64,000 nucleotides of DNA, taken from positions 32,001 through 96,000 of the forward strand of contig CAXXFK010000041.1 in the NCBI GenBank assembly GCA_963663965.2, read 5' to 3'. This document shows, piece after piece, positions 1 through 9,356 of this stretch. Below the pieces are notes generated by a model. It was not told the DNA's origin, made no database searches, and saw nothing but the letters and a program-made list of their open reading frames with translations. A program made the position numbers and the translations under genes. Numbering within the stretch: position 1 is the first letter of the stretch; every line of letters starts with the position of its first letter. Source of the DNA: Sedimentisphaerales bacterium. GTDB taxonomy: Bacteria > Planctomycetota > Phycisphaerae > Sedimentisphaerales > SM23-30.

Positions 1-206
1 ACGGCTTGATTAAGACCTTCGAGCAGTCGCGCCAGATGATGCGGGCGATGAGTGGCTTGGGACCCCGTGGCAAGTTGCAGGCGATGTCCCAGATGGGAAA
101 TATGCTTGAACAGGGTGGGGGGCGGATGCCCGGTAAAATCAAGATGCGTTCTAAGCGAAAAAAGGTGGAACGCAAACCGAGACCTAACAAGAAGAAAAAA
201 CGGTAA
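1..206 (+). CDS. ffh: Signal recognition particle protein Ffh, C-terminal end (partial, begins before the window)
   Basis: Met-rich tail 'IKTFEQSRQMMRAM' resembles the end of the Ffh M domain (LLKQFEQMxxMMK) and is followed by a basic tail; canonical position upstream of rpsP-trmD-rplS. Confidence 0.85.
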   Translation, partial: GLIKTFEQSRQMMRAMSGLGPRGKLQAMSQMGNMLEQGGGRMPGKIKMRSKRKKVERKPRPNKKKKR

Positions 207-224
207 TCCCGTCTGGAAGAAAAA

Positions 225-572
225 ATGACGGATATCGATTTTTGCCGAACGATTGAAGCATACCTGGCCTATGTGGGGCGTTTTTGTGGCCATGCCTTCG
301 GACGGCAATTTCGACAGCAGTTTGCCGATCATCGCGGCACGGCTGAATTGGCGATGTTGGCATCGCCCAGCCGAGAGGAATATGAGAGTTTCGTTAGAGT
401 AGTGGCTTCGATGACTCCGGAAGAAAAGTCATCGCCTGAAACGCTCAATGATCTGGATATACAGGAAATTGCCCGGCGGGCAAATGTAGAACCCGCTCTG
501 GCAGGTTTGTTTGTTAATGGATTTGTTCTTGCTCGCAAGAAGGCCGGATGGTCCGGATCTTCAAGTGAGTAA
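225..572 (+). CDS. Hypothetical protein with Ffh M-domain-like segment
   Basis: 'VASMTPEEKSSPETLNDLDIQEIARRANVEPALAGLFVNGF' aligns by eye with Ffh 'IxSMTxxERxxPxxLxxSRxxRIAxGSGxxxxxVxxLLxxF'. Confidence 0.6.
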   Translation: MTDIDFCRTIEAYLAYVGRFCGHAFGRQFRQQFADHRGTAELAMLASPSREEYESFVRVVASMTPEEKSSPETLNDLDIQEIARRANVEPALAGLFVNGFVLARKKAGWSGSSSE

Positions 573-618
573 ATAAATAGTATTTTGTAATGATTAGTAT
601 TTTTGGAGAACCAAACGC

Positions 619-870
619 GTGGTAAAAATCAGACTGAAACGCATGGGAAGACGTCATCGTCCGTTTTATCGTATTAATGCCATGGATTCCCGCTGTCCTC
701 GTGACGGGCGTGTGATTGAACAATTGGGTTATTATGATCCGATTTGCAAAGATTCTGAAAAGCAGGTTAACCTGAAAGAAGAAAGAATTCGCTATTGGTT
801 GAATGTTGGCGCTGAACCCAGCGATACCGTTCGCAATATTCTGAAGCGAAAAGGAATCCTGAACGGCTAG
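619..870 (+). CDS. rpsP: 30S ribosomal protein S16
   Basis: [19 protein letters not shown]...[22 protein letters not shown] start. Confidence 0.99.
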   Translation: MVKIRLKRMGRRHRPFYRINAMDSRCPRDGRVIEQLGYYDPICKDSEKQVNLKEERIRYWLNVGAEPSDTVRNILKRKGILNG

Positions 871-881
871 AAGATGACCGT

Positions 882-1601
882 ATGAGGTTTGATATCCTGA
901 CTTTGTTCCCGCGAATGTTCGAGGGTGTTTTTGGCGAATCGATAGTCAAGCGCGCCTGTGAGAATGCTCTGGTGGATATAAAGCTGACCAATATTCGGGA
1001 TTTTGCCCGGGATAATTATGGCAGTGTGGATGACAAGCCTTATGGCGGTGGGCCCGGCATGGTCATGATGTGTCAGCCCATTTTTGATGCCGTTGCGGAG
1101 GTATGCCGCGTTGGCGAACCGCCGGATGAAGTTATCCTGATGACGCCTCAAGGTGTGCCCTTGGATCAGAAACTGGCGGCGCAGCTGGCTTCCAGAAAAC
1201 GCCTGATATTAATCGCCGGCCATTATGAAGGATTTGATGAGAGAATTAGAGATGGACTGGCAACGCTGGAAATTTCACTGGGCGATTTTGTCCTGAGTGG
1301 AGGAGAAATTCCAGCCATGGCTCTTGTCGATGCTGTTATCAGGTTGTTGCCTGGCGCTCTGGGCGATGATCATTCCAGCGTGGAAGAATCCTTTAGTCAT
1401 GGTTTGCTGGAGTATCCGCATTATACCCGACCGGCGGAATATGCCGGTATGAAAGTGCCGGAGATATTGTTAAGCGGCCATCATAAAAAAATTGAAGAAT
1501 GGCGCCACGAACAAGCGCTTTTACGAACCCGGCAGAGACGTCCGGATTTGTTAAATCAGTCAAACCAAAAGCATATTCAAGCTTTTAAAGAAAATAACTA
1601 A
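882..1601 (+). CDS. trmD: tRNA (guanine37-N1)-methyltransferase
   Basis: [43 protein letters not shown] motifs. Confidence 0.99.
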   Translation: MRFDILTLFPRMFEGVFGESIVKRACENALVDIKLTNIRDFARDNYGSVDDKPYGGGPGMVMMCQPIFDAVAEVCRVGEPPDEVILMTPQGVPLDQKLAAQLASRKRLILIAGHYEGFDERIRDGLATLEISLGDFVLSGGEIPAMALVDAVIRLLPGALGDDHSSVEESFSHGLLEYPHYTRPAEYAGMKVPEILLSGHHKKIEEWRHEQALLRTRQRRPDLLNQSNQKHIQAFKENN

Positions 1602-1633
1602 GTAGATAGTAATAATTGTGAAAGGTTAATGTT

Positions 1634-1993
1634 ATGATATCTGCATTAATTGAGACAGTACAGGCCAAGCACTTGAAAAAAGATCCTCCCAGGTTTAATG
1701 TGGGGGATACAGTGGATGTCCATGTGAAGATTGTTGAAGGCGATAAAACCCGCGTTCAGGTCTTCAATGGTACGGTGATTGCCCGCAAAGGGAGCGGGAT
1801 TACTGAAGTATTTACTGTTCGCCGGATTGTGAATAACGAGGGCGTGGAACGTATTTTCCCGGTTCATTCCCCCAATGTGGTTAAGGTTGAAGTGCTTCGC
1901 TCCGGCTTCATCCGTCGCAGTAAACTCTATTTCCTGCGTAACCGTACCGGTAAAGCGGTTCGTTTACGTGACCGGCGTGTTGCCCGGAAATAA
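1634..1993 (+). CDS. rplS: 50S ribosomal protein L19
   Basis: FNVGDTVDVHVKIVEGDKTRVQVF...GVERIFPVHSP...RRSKLYFLR. Confidence 0.99.
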   Translation: MISALIETVQAKHLKKDPPRFNVGDTVDVHVKIVEGDKTRVQVFNGTVIARKGSGITEVFTVRRIVNNEGVERIFPVHSPNVVKVEVLRSGFIRRSKLYFLRNRTGKAVRLRDRRVARK

Positions 1994-2024
1994 GAGGTTC
2001 TTTAGTTTAACGCTGACCAATCAG

Positions 2025-2059
2025 GCGCCAATCCGCTTCTTGCGCGGAATGGCGCTTTT
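2025..2059 (+). terminator. Probable intrinsic terminator after rplS
   Basis: GCGCCAATCCGC...GCGGAATGGCGC stem followed by TTTTG. Confidence 0.6.
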
Positions 2060-2080
2060 GTTGTTTGTAATGAGTTCCAA

Positions 2081-2503
2081 ATGGGACTGATATTTGAAAA
2101 AATATTAAAGCTGTTCCATTTTCGATCGATACTTGGCGGCCCAAAAATATCGAAAACGGCATGGTTAGGCAGAAAAGGCGAAAAACAGGCGTGTCGTTAC
2201 CTCAAAAAAAACGGTTATCGAATCTTAAGACACAATTTTCGCTGTGAATCTGGTGAGATTGATTTGATCGCGCAGGATGGGCCTGAAGTGGTCTTTGTTG
2301 AAGTAAAAACTAGACGCAATGAAGACTATATCCAAACCGAAAAAGTGGTCAATAATACCAAGCAAAAACGTATTCGATCGGCCGCCCGTTACTTTATCCG
2401 GCGGTTTAAACTGCAATATTATCAACCGCGTTATGATATTATCGTCGTGATTTGGCCAGTCCATGAAAAACCCGAGATTCGTCACACGCTCCGGGCTTTT
2501 TAA
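2081..2503 (+). CDS. yraN: YraN/UPF0102 family putative endonuclease
   Basis: LGRKGEKQACRYL...GEIDLIA...VVFVEVKTR; usual neighbour of rplS. Confidence 0.92.
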   Translation: MGLIFEKILKLFHFRSILGGPKISKTAWLGRKGEKQACRYLKKNGYRILRHNFRCESGEIDLIAQDGPEVVFVEVKTRRNEDYIQTEKVVNNTKQKRIRSAARYFIRRFKLQYYQPRYDIIVVIWPVHEKPEIRHTLRAF

Positions 2504-2544
2504 GAGGTTTTGACCGATTCCACGGGGGTATGGGAATATGAGCA

Positions 2545-3318
2545 ATGAATCTAATCGATACACATGCCCATTTAACGGATGAGCGACTATATTCGATGAT
2601 AAACGATGTCATCCATCGTGCTCGAAATGTGGGCGTTAAACGCTGTATTACGGTTGGATGTGATATCGAAGACAGTATCAGGGCGGCCCGGGTGGCTCAC
2701 GCCTGGGATGAAATATATTTTACGGCGGGTGTTCACCCCCATGAAGCGGCCCGGCAGGAACAACAAGTCTTTGATCGACTGCGTGAGATTGCTGTTGATG
2801 AACGTTGTGTGGCGCTTGGTGAAATGGGACTGGATTATTACTATGACCATTCACCCCGTCCGGTACAGCAAAAGGTTTTTGCCGAACAATTGCTACTGGC
2901 TCAAACATTGCGTAAATCCGTGGTGATCCACTGCCGGGATGCTATGGAGGATTGTGTCGGGATCCTGAAAGACTGGAATTGTCAGGACATCCCGGTGATA
3001 TTCCACTGTTACAGCGGGACGGTATCGCAAGCTAAAATACTGCTTGATAGGGGATGTTTTTTATCGTTTACTGGAACCGTCACATTTAAAAAGGCCCTGG
3101 AAACTCAGGAGGTTGTTCGTTATTCCCCTCTGGATCGCATTCTGTTAGAAACGGATTGTCCTTATTTAAGTCCGGAGCCGAAGCGGCATATAAAACCGAA
3201 TGAACCGGCCTTGCTGATCCATATTGCTGAAAAAGTGGCTCAACTTAAAGAACTGACTCTGGAAGAAATCGCTCAGGTAACCTGGAAAAACAGCCGATGC
3301 GTTTTTAAGCTGGAATAA
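2545..3318 (+). CDS. tatD: TatD family DNase
   Basis: IDTHAHL, GVHPH, ALGEMGLDY, IHCR, FHCYSG, LETDCPYL. Confidence 0.95.
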   Translation: MNLIDTHAHLTDERLYSMINDVIHRARNVGVKRCITVGCDIEDSIRAARVAHAWDEIYFTAGVHPHEAARQEQQVFDRLREIAVDERCVALGEMGLDYYYDHSPRPVQQKVFAEQLLLAQTLRKSVVIHCRDAMEDCVGILKDWNCQDIPVIFHCYSGTVSQAKILLDRGCFLSFTGTVTFKKALETQEVVRYSPLDRILLETDCPYLSPEPKRHIKPNEPALLIHIAEKVAQLKELTLEEIAQVTWKNSRCVFKLE

Positions 3319-3335
3319 ATTGATTGGAGGCATCC

Positions 3336-4313
3336 ATGAGTGCTGGCAAAAAAGGCAAAACGACTCCCGATACATCAAAAGTTGAAAAAAACAGGCCCGA
3401 TAAACAGAAGCCTGAATTGACGCAAACCACGGATCAAGTCTCCTATGCCCATGCGATGATGGAATCGGCGTTGTCTATCATTCGAAAATGTAATTTAAAA
3501 GCATTGCTGATTTATGTCGATGGATTGGCCAGTTTGGATGAGTTGGAATTGCTGGATTTCAAAGCATCAGTACAAATTATTTTGATTGCCCGTAATGACA
3601 GCGTCTATGAAAAAGCATTGGAATATACAGATAAAGTTGTCCGGGTGCCACAGGTAAGTCTGACGCGAATCAGCCAAATCAAACTGGCGGTGATGTTGAG
3701 TTTTTCCAATCGATTCCTCGAGCCTGGCGATAAATTTATTTTTCTGGCAGGCTTGCCTGATGAACCCTTGGATACCATGATGATTTTGGAGGTCGGACGT
3801 GAATATGAAATGTTTCAGTCGGTCGATCAGCCTCCATTAACCGAGCATATACGACGGGCGGTCTTTGAACGGGTATTTAGCCTCGCACTGGAACTGGCAG
3901 CTGAAGGCCGTGAGGGAAAACCGATCGGGGTAATTTTTGTCCTGGGGGATTCCAATTCGGTGATTGAAAATTCCCGGCAAATGATCATGAATCCTTTCAA
4001 AGGGTATCCGGAATCCGAGCGTAATATTCTGGATGATCAGATGAAAGACACGATCAAAGAGTTTTCCGCCATAGATGGAGCGATTATAATTAAGGGGACT
4101 GGCGTTGTCGTGTCTGCGGGTACATACCTGTTACCTCGATTAGTCTGTGAAGATTTGCCTCAGGGTCTGGGGGCTCGTCATGTAGCCGCTGCCGCTATTA
4201 CTGCAGCCACGCGCAGCATTGCCATTTCAATCAGCGAATCGACCGGAACGGTTCGAATCTGGCGCCAGGGCAAAATGATCACAGAAATTGAAAAGGCCAA
4301 ACATAAAGATTAA
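3336..4313 (+). CDS. Diadenylate cyclase (DisA_N/DAC domain with N-terminal extension, DacZ-like architecture)
   Basis: EGREGKPIG, catalytic DGA (SAIDGAII), GLGARH and SESTG motifs; GGAGG RBS before ATG 3336. Confidence 0.85.
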   Translation: MSAGKKGKTTPDTSKVEKNRPDKQKPELTQTTDQVSYAHAMMESALSIIRKCNLKALLIYVDGLASLDELELLDFKASVQIILIARNDSVYEKALEYTDKVVRVPQVSLTRISQIKLAVMLSFSNRFLEPGDKFIFLAGLPDEPLDTMMILEVGREYEMFQSVDQPPLTEHIRRAVFERVFSLALELAAEGREGKPIGVIFVLGDSNSVIENSRQMIMNPFKGYPESERNILDDQMKDTIKEFSAIDGAIIIKGTGVVVSAGTYLLPRLVCEDLPQGLGARHVAAAAITAATRSIAISISESTGTVRIWRQGKMITEIEKAKHKD

Positions 4314-4586
4314 AGAGAGAGTAATTTCATTCCCGCTTAAGCTTCAATTCGGTAAATCAAAATTTCGAAAAAAAGATCGGTAAAGGCAATAGTTAATATG
4401 AGGATAAAACAATCTGATACTGATTAGGGTTGCTTAATTTAATCCATGCTTTTTTCCTTTAAATTTGCTTTTAAGCCAATGAAAACCTGTTTATAATACT
4501 GTATTGATCAGTAGTGCGGCAAATAAGATAGATATGCCGGCTCAAGTGTGTGAGAGTGAATTGTAAGTCTTATTATATAAGGATTT

Positions 4587-6131
4587 ATGGATTTGGAAGA
4601 AACCATTGCCATTCTTGATTTTGGTAGTCAATACGGCCAGCTGATTGCCCGGCGGATTCGTGAAAATCATGTTTATAGCGTCATTTGCCGGCATGACATT
4701 TCTATTGAACGACTGAGAACGATGAACCTGAAAGGGATCATTCTGAGTGGGGGGCCGGCTAGTGTTTTTAGCTTGAATGCTCCCAGATGTTCCGAAGAAA
4801 TATTCAGTTTGGGCGTGCCTGTTATGGGCATATGTTATGGTATGCAGATTGGCTGTCAGATTCTTGGCGCCAAAGTGGATACCGCAGAAAGCCGTGAGTA
4901 TGGTTCGACCCGATTATTTGTGGATAAGAGCGAAGGATTGCTCGAGCATCTGGATGGTGAAAAAATTGTCTGGATGAGCCATGGTGATCAGGTGAATGAA
5001 CTCCCGAAAGAATTTATTTCTCTGGGATCGACAGCAACCTGCCCCTATGCGGCAGTACGGCACCAGTCCGTTCCGTTTTTTGGTGTGCAATTTCATCCCG
5101 AAGTGACCCATACCCCTTGTGGCAGCCGCATCTTTGAGAACTTCCTCTATGCGATTTGTGGTTGTAGTGGATCATGGCGCATGGGAGACTTCATTGAACA
5201 ATCCTGTGAAGAAATCCGTTATCGTGTCAAAAACAAAACCGTTATTTGCGGTTTAAGTGGGGGAGTGGATTCTTCGGTTGCCGCGGCTCTGCTGCACAAG
5301 GCCATTGGCAACCAATTGGTATGTATTTTCGTTGATAATGGCCTGTTGCGTAAAGGAGAACGCGACTATGTGGAAACAACATTTCGTGATCACTTTCAGA
5401 TTGACCTGCGGGTGGTGGATTGGTCCGACAAATTTCTCAGTGGGCTGGCCGGGGTTACAGATCCTCAGCGAAAACGAATTATTATTGGACATGAATTTAT
5501 TGAAGCGTTTACACACGCAGCTAATAGTATCCGCGACGCCACTTTCCTTGCCCAGGGCACGCTCTATCCCGATGTTATCGAATCCGGCCACAAAGACGGT
5601 AATCCCGCCGCCAATATCAAGCTCCATCACAATGTCGGAGGATTACCGGAAAAACTGGGCTTTGAACTAGTTGAGCCGTTACGCGATCTATTTAAAGATG
5701 AAGTTCGCCTACTGGGAGAGCATTTGGGCCTACCCGAAAAGATTGTCTGGCGCCATCCATTTCCCGGTCCGGGTCTGGCGGTTCGTATTATTGGTGAAAT
5801 TACCCGGGAACGTTTGGCTGTTTTGCGCGAGGCGGATGAAATACTGATCGAAGAGATTGAAGCGGCCGGATTGTATCGCCAGATCAGCCAGGCATTGGCC
5901 GTCCTGCTTCCCATTCAATCGGTGGGTGTGATGGGAGATGACCGCAGTTATGACAATGTCGTGGCAATCCGCGCGGTCGAAACCCATGACTTTATGACTG
6001 CTGACTGGTCGCATATTCCTTATGAGGTCCTGGCCCGGATCAGCAACCGCATTATCAACGAAGTCCGCGGTGTAAATCGGGTAGTATATGATATTTCCAG
6101 CAAACCACCGGCAACAATTGAATGGGAATAA
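4587..6131 (+). CDS. guaA: GMP synthase (glutamine-hydrolysing)
   Basis: [52 protein letters not shown]. Confidence 0.99.
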   Translation: MDLEETIAILDFGSQYGQLIARRIRENHVYSVICRHDISIERLRTMNLKGIILSGGPASVFSLNAPRCSEEIFSLGVPVMGICYGMQIGCQILGAKVDTAESREYGSTRLFVDKSEGLLEHLDGEKIVWMSHGDQVNELPKEFISLGSTATCPYAAVRHQSVPFFGVQFHPEVTHTPCGSRIFENFLYAICGCSGSWRMGDFIEQSCEEIRYRVKNKTVICGLSGGVDSSVAAALLHKAIGNQLVCIFVDNGLLRKGERDYVETTFRDHFQIDLRVVDWSDKFLSGLAGVTDPQRKRIIIGHEFIEAFTHAANSIRDATFLAQGTLYPDVIESGHKDGNPAANIKLHHNVGGLPEKLGFELVEPLRDLFKDEVRLLGEHLGLPEKIVWRHPFPGPGLAVRIIGEITRERLAVLREADEILIEEIEAAGLYRQISQALAVLLPIQSVGVMGDDRSYDNVVAIRAVETHDFMTADWSHIPYEVLARISNRIINEVRGVNRVVYDISSKPPATIEWE

Positions 6132-6182
6132 AACAACAGAATAAATTTTTATCTTTTATGTCCTTTTAAGTTAGAATTGATC

Positions 6183-6608
6183 ATGTCAGAAACAAAAGAC
6201 CGTTTAGAACAGTTATTCGAAATGCAAGCGGAACTGAATGCCAGGATCGGTTTCGATCCCAAGGCGCATCGGGAGAATTTTGATCCGACAGTGGCCGGTG
6301 AATGGATTAGTAATTATCTAATGGCTATGAGCAACGAGTTGGAAGAACTGCGCGACTGTACCTACTGGAAGCACTGGTGCAAAGAGGCCAAAGAGGGCCG
6401 CCGGTTTGAACTTCACAATATCCAGAACGCTCGAGTGGAAGTGATTGATATGCTGTTCTTCTGGATCAGTCTGGCCCAATGCGTAGGCCTGAACGCCGAG
6501 GATGTATTTCGCTTGTACCTGCAAAAACTGGGCGTTAACCACGCCCGCCAGGATAATAACTATTCGATGGCCAATAAAACAGAAGATGATAACATCAATA
6601 TAAAGTAA
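6183..6608 (+). CDS. Dimeric (all-alpha) dUTPase-like NTP pyrophosphatase
   Basis: ELEEL...WKHW...EVIDMLFF...YLQKLGVNHARQ motifs of the dUTPase_2 family. Confidence 0.8.
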   Translation: MSETKDRLEQLFEMQAELNARIGFDPKAHRENFDPTVAGEWISNYLMAMSNELEELRDCTYWKHWCKEAKEGRRFELHNIQNARVEVIDMLFFWISLAQCVGLNAEDVFRLYLQKLGVNHARQDNNYSMANKTEDDNINIK

Positions 6609-6659
6609 TTATCTAAGTGCAGTAAAGCCGTTATGCCTGATATGTAAGACTATCTGATT

Positions 6660-7940
6660 ATGAAGCATAATTTACACTGGTTAATCTTCGTCGGTATGCT
6701 GTCAGGTATAATGGTGGGATTATGGATTAATCATAGCGTTGTGTCGAGCCGGATTTTTGAGGTTTTAGATCTGTTCGGGAAAACGCTATTTATCGGGGCT
6801 TTAAAGATGCTGGTGGCTCCGCTGATCTTCTTTTCGATTTTAACGGCAATAACCTCATTGTCCAACCGGCAACAATTGTGGTCTATGGGCTGGAAGACAT
6901 TACTATTTTATCTTACGACCACTTCAATTGCTGTTGCTATAGGATTATTTTTTGTCCTGACTATCCGTCCGGGTCACTGGTCTAATCGAAATGAAATTCG
7001 CGATAACTGGATAGAACACCGACAGCAGTTGCATAACAATTTTTCCGGAACGGAAGCTCAGGTTAATGAGGCCAGCCATAAAACCCCTCTCGATATTATT
7101 CGGCATACCCTTGAACAAACGATCAGCAATCCTTTTTTAGCCTTGTCTGAAACCCGAAGCCTGGGCATTATTTTCTTTGCTCTGATTCTGGGGGCCGCTC
7201 TTATTGCAGTGGGGAAAGTTGCGGAACCGGTTTTGCCAGTCATCCAGGGAATTAATGCAGCAATAATGAAATTGACCACCTGGATCATGCTGGGCTCACC
7301 ATTTTTTATTTTTTGCCTGGTTGCCTCGCTGGTTGGGCAGTTGGGGGCCGGGGTTTTTCAGTTACTCTCAGGTTATATCATAACCATTATAACAGGCATT
7401 GCAGTTCATCTGGTTGTATTACTGGCTATCTGTTATTTTATGGGACGAATCCCGCCCTGGCGTTTTATCTTGGCCATTCAACAGGCCTGGATGGTAGCGT
7501 TTGCCACCCGTTCCAGCGCGGCAACCTTACCAGTTACCATTTCGACTGTACAGGATGAATTGGGGATATCAGCCCAAACCGCTGAATTTGTCTTGCCATT
7601 AGGGGCAACGATAAATATGGATGGGACAGCACTTTATGAAGGTGTTGCGGTCATATTTCTCATTCAGCTCTTTGGAGGAATGCCAGGGGTAATGATCGAA
7701 TTGACGCCAGTAACGACAATTATCATTTTTATGACAGCCGTATTGGCCAGTATTGGGGCTGCTGCCGTGCCAAATGCCGGATTGGTTACTATGGTATTAG
7801 TGGCAAATGCCGTGGGTTTATCCGTTGAATATATTCCGATGATCTTTGCAGTGGATGCTTTCCTGGATATGTTCCGTACCTCAACCAATGTTATGGGAGA
7901 CATGGTAGGGGCGGTCGTGATTGATAAATTTGAAAAATAA
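6660..7940 (+). CDS. Dicarboxylate/amino acid:cation symporter (GltP/DAACS)
   Basis: AFATRSSAATLP, LPLGATINMDGTALY, DAFLDMFRTSTNVMGD. Confidence 0.95.
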   Translation: MKHNLHWLIFVGMLSGIMVGLWINHSVVSSRIFEVLDLFGKTLFIGALKMLVAPLIFFSILTAITSLSNRQQLWSMGWKTLLFYLTTTSIAVAIGLFFVLTIRPGHWSNRNEIRDNWIEHRQQLHNNFSGTEAQVNEASHKTPLDIIRHTLEQTISNPFLALSETRSLGIIFFALILGAALIAVGKVAEPVLPVIQGINAAIMKLTTWIMLGSPFFIFCLVASLVGQLGAGVFQLLSGYIITIITGIAVHLVVLLAICYFMGRIPPWRFILAIQQAWMVAFATRSSAATLPVTISTVQDELGISAQTAEFVLPLGATINMDGTALYEGVAVIFLIQLFGGMPGVMIELTPVTTIIIFMTAVLASIGAAAVPNAGLVTMVLVANAVGLSVEYIPMIFAVDAFLDMFRTSTNVMGDMVGAVVIDKFEK

Positions 7941-8001
7941 TTCGAAAACACTTTATATTTATCCAGTAAATATCTGTTTATTTATATCATAATTTTAATG
8001 G

Positions 8002-8019
8002 CTGTGATAATTATAACAG
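8002..8019. promoter_or_regulatory. Probable Rex operator
   Basis: CTGTGATAATTATAACAG, an 18-bp near-palindrome matching the Rex pattern TGTGA-n8-T(C/A)ACA, upstream of rex. Confidence 0.7.
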
Positions 8020-8036
8020 ATACAAGCTAAGTAGTC

Positions 8037-8065
8037 TTGACGCTGTGATATATATATGATATATT
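8037..8065 (+). promoter_or_regulatory. Sigma70-type promoter of the rex-hydrogenase operon
   Basis: TTGACG-17bp-TATATT. Confidence 0.6.
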
Positions 8066-8066
8066 G

Positions 8067-8094
8067 TGTTATCGATAATACATTATCGATAACA
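8067..8094. promoter_or_regulatory. Perfect 13-bp inverted repeat between promoter and rex RBS
   Basis: TGTTATCGATAAT-AC-ATTATCGATAACA; each arm contains the palindrome TTATCGATAA. Confidence 0.6.
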
Positions 8095-8109
8095 GTGAGG
8101 ATTAAAAAT

Positions 8110-8757
8110 ATGAATCAGAAAACAAAATCAATATCAGAATCAAGTGTAAAGCGATTACCGGGATATTGGCGCTACCTGAATAACTTAAAAAGAGCAGGGC
8201 GGATAGCGGTATCCTGTACCCGTATTGCTCAGTCTTTGAATCTGACAGCGATACAGGTCCGTAAGGACTTGGCCGCCACTGGCATTATCGGACGACCTAA
8301 AACCGGGTACTCAGTGAATGATTTGGTTGAACATATCGAAAAATTTTTAGGATGGCACAATACCCGTGAGGCAATTCTGGTAGGGGCCGGCCATCTGGGG
8401 CGCGCACTGTTAGGGTATAAGGGATTTGAAGACTATGGCCTGAACATTGTCTGTGCCTTCGATCAAGATTCAAAATTATTCGGTACAAATTACCAGGGTA
8501 AAGAAATCCTGCCCGTTGAAAAATTACCAGATCTCGTCAAACGGATGCAAATCCAGATTGGGATCATTACCACGCCGGCCCAGGTGGCCCAGAATATTGC
8601 CGATCAAATGATAGCTGGTGGGATTATTGCTATTTGGAACTTTGCACCGGTAAAAATCGATGCTCCCTCAGAGATTATTATCGAAAATATGGAATTATCG
8701 GCCAGTCTGGCGGTATTGTCGCACCGACTGGAAACCTCCCAAACAGATAGCTTATAG
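8110..8757 (+). CDS. rex: Redox-sensing transcriptional repressor Rex
   Basis: KRLPGYWRYL, QVRKDL..TGIIGRPKTGY, LVGAGHLGRAL, IWNFAP; GAGG RBS before ATG 8110. Confidence 0.96.
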   Translation: MNQKTKSISESSVKRLPGYWRYLNNLKRAGRIAVSCTRIAQSLNLTAIQVRKDLAATGIIGRPKTGYSVNDLVEHIEKFLGWHNTREAILVGAGHLGRALLGYKGFEDYGLNIVCAFDQDSKLFGTNYQGKEILPVEKLPDLVKRMQIQIGIITTPAQVAQNIADQMIAGGIIAIWNFAPVKIDAPSEIIIENMELSASLAVLSHRLETSQTDSL

Positions 8758-8852
8758 AAGATGATATTTAATTGTTGTTGTTTTTGATTAGCGAACTTTT
8801 ATATATACTATATAGATAGATATACTAATAAATAATGCAGGAGTAAGCCGCA

Positions 8853-9356
8853 ATGCCAACTTCCATCGAAACAAACCGAACCGCTCGCAATTTTCAGAAT
8901 ATATGCGAGATTCTCGAAAGATACAACTATGATCCAGCTAAAATCATTCCGATTTTGCAGGAAGTCCAGGAAGCCTATCGATATCTGCCGCAGGAAGTGA
9001 TGACCTATGTGGCCACTTCCCTGGCAATTCCGCCTGCCCGGGTGTTTGGCATAGCCACTTTTTATTCACATTTTGCCATAGAACCTAAAGGGCAATATGT
9101 AATCAAATTGTGTGATGGAACCGCCTGTCATGTCCGTGGCTCCAATCCAATTCTTGATGCGATTCGCACCCATTTAAAGCTGGATGAGAAAAACCGTACC
9201 ACGCCAGATATGTTATTTACCGTAGAAACCGTTTCTTGTCTGGGGGCGTGTGGCCTGGCTCCGGTTATGTTGATTAATGATGATGTTTATGGTCAGATCA
9301 CCCCTGAAAAAGCAGTTGAACTGGTTAAGGCAATCCAGGAAAGCGAGTCTAAATAA
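8853..9356 (+). CDS. hydC: [FeFe]-hydrogenase gamma subunit (NuoE-like, 2Fe-2S)
   Basis: ATFYSHF, LCDGTACHVRG, VSCLGACGLAPV. Confidence 0.92.
   Translation: MPTSIETNRTARNFQNICEILERYNYDPAKIIPILQEVQEAYRYLPQEVMTYVATSLAIPPARVFGIATFYSHFAIEPKGQYVIKLCDGTACHVRGSNPILDAIRTHLKLDEKNRTTPDMLFTVETVSCLGACGLAPVMLINDDVYGQITPEKAVELVKAIQESESK

Noticed and set aside
4314..4586. Purine riboswitch upstream of guaA
   Set aside because: No recognisable aptamer core or expression-platform hairpin by eye; an Rfam scan would settle it
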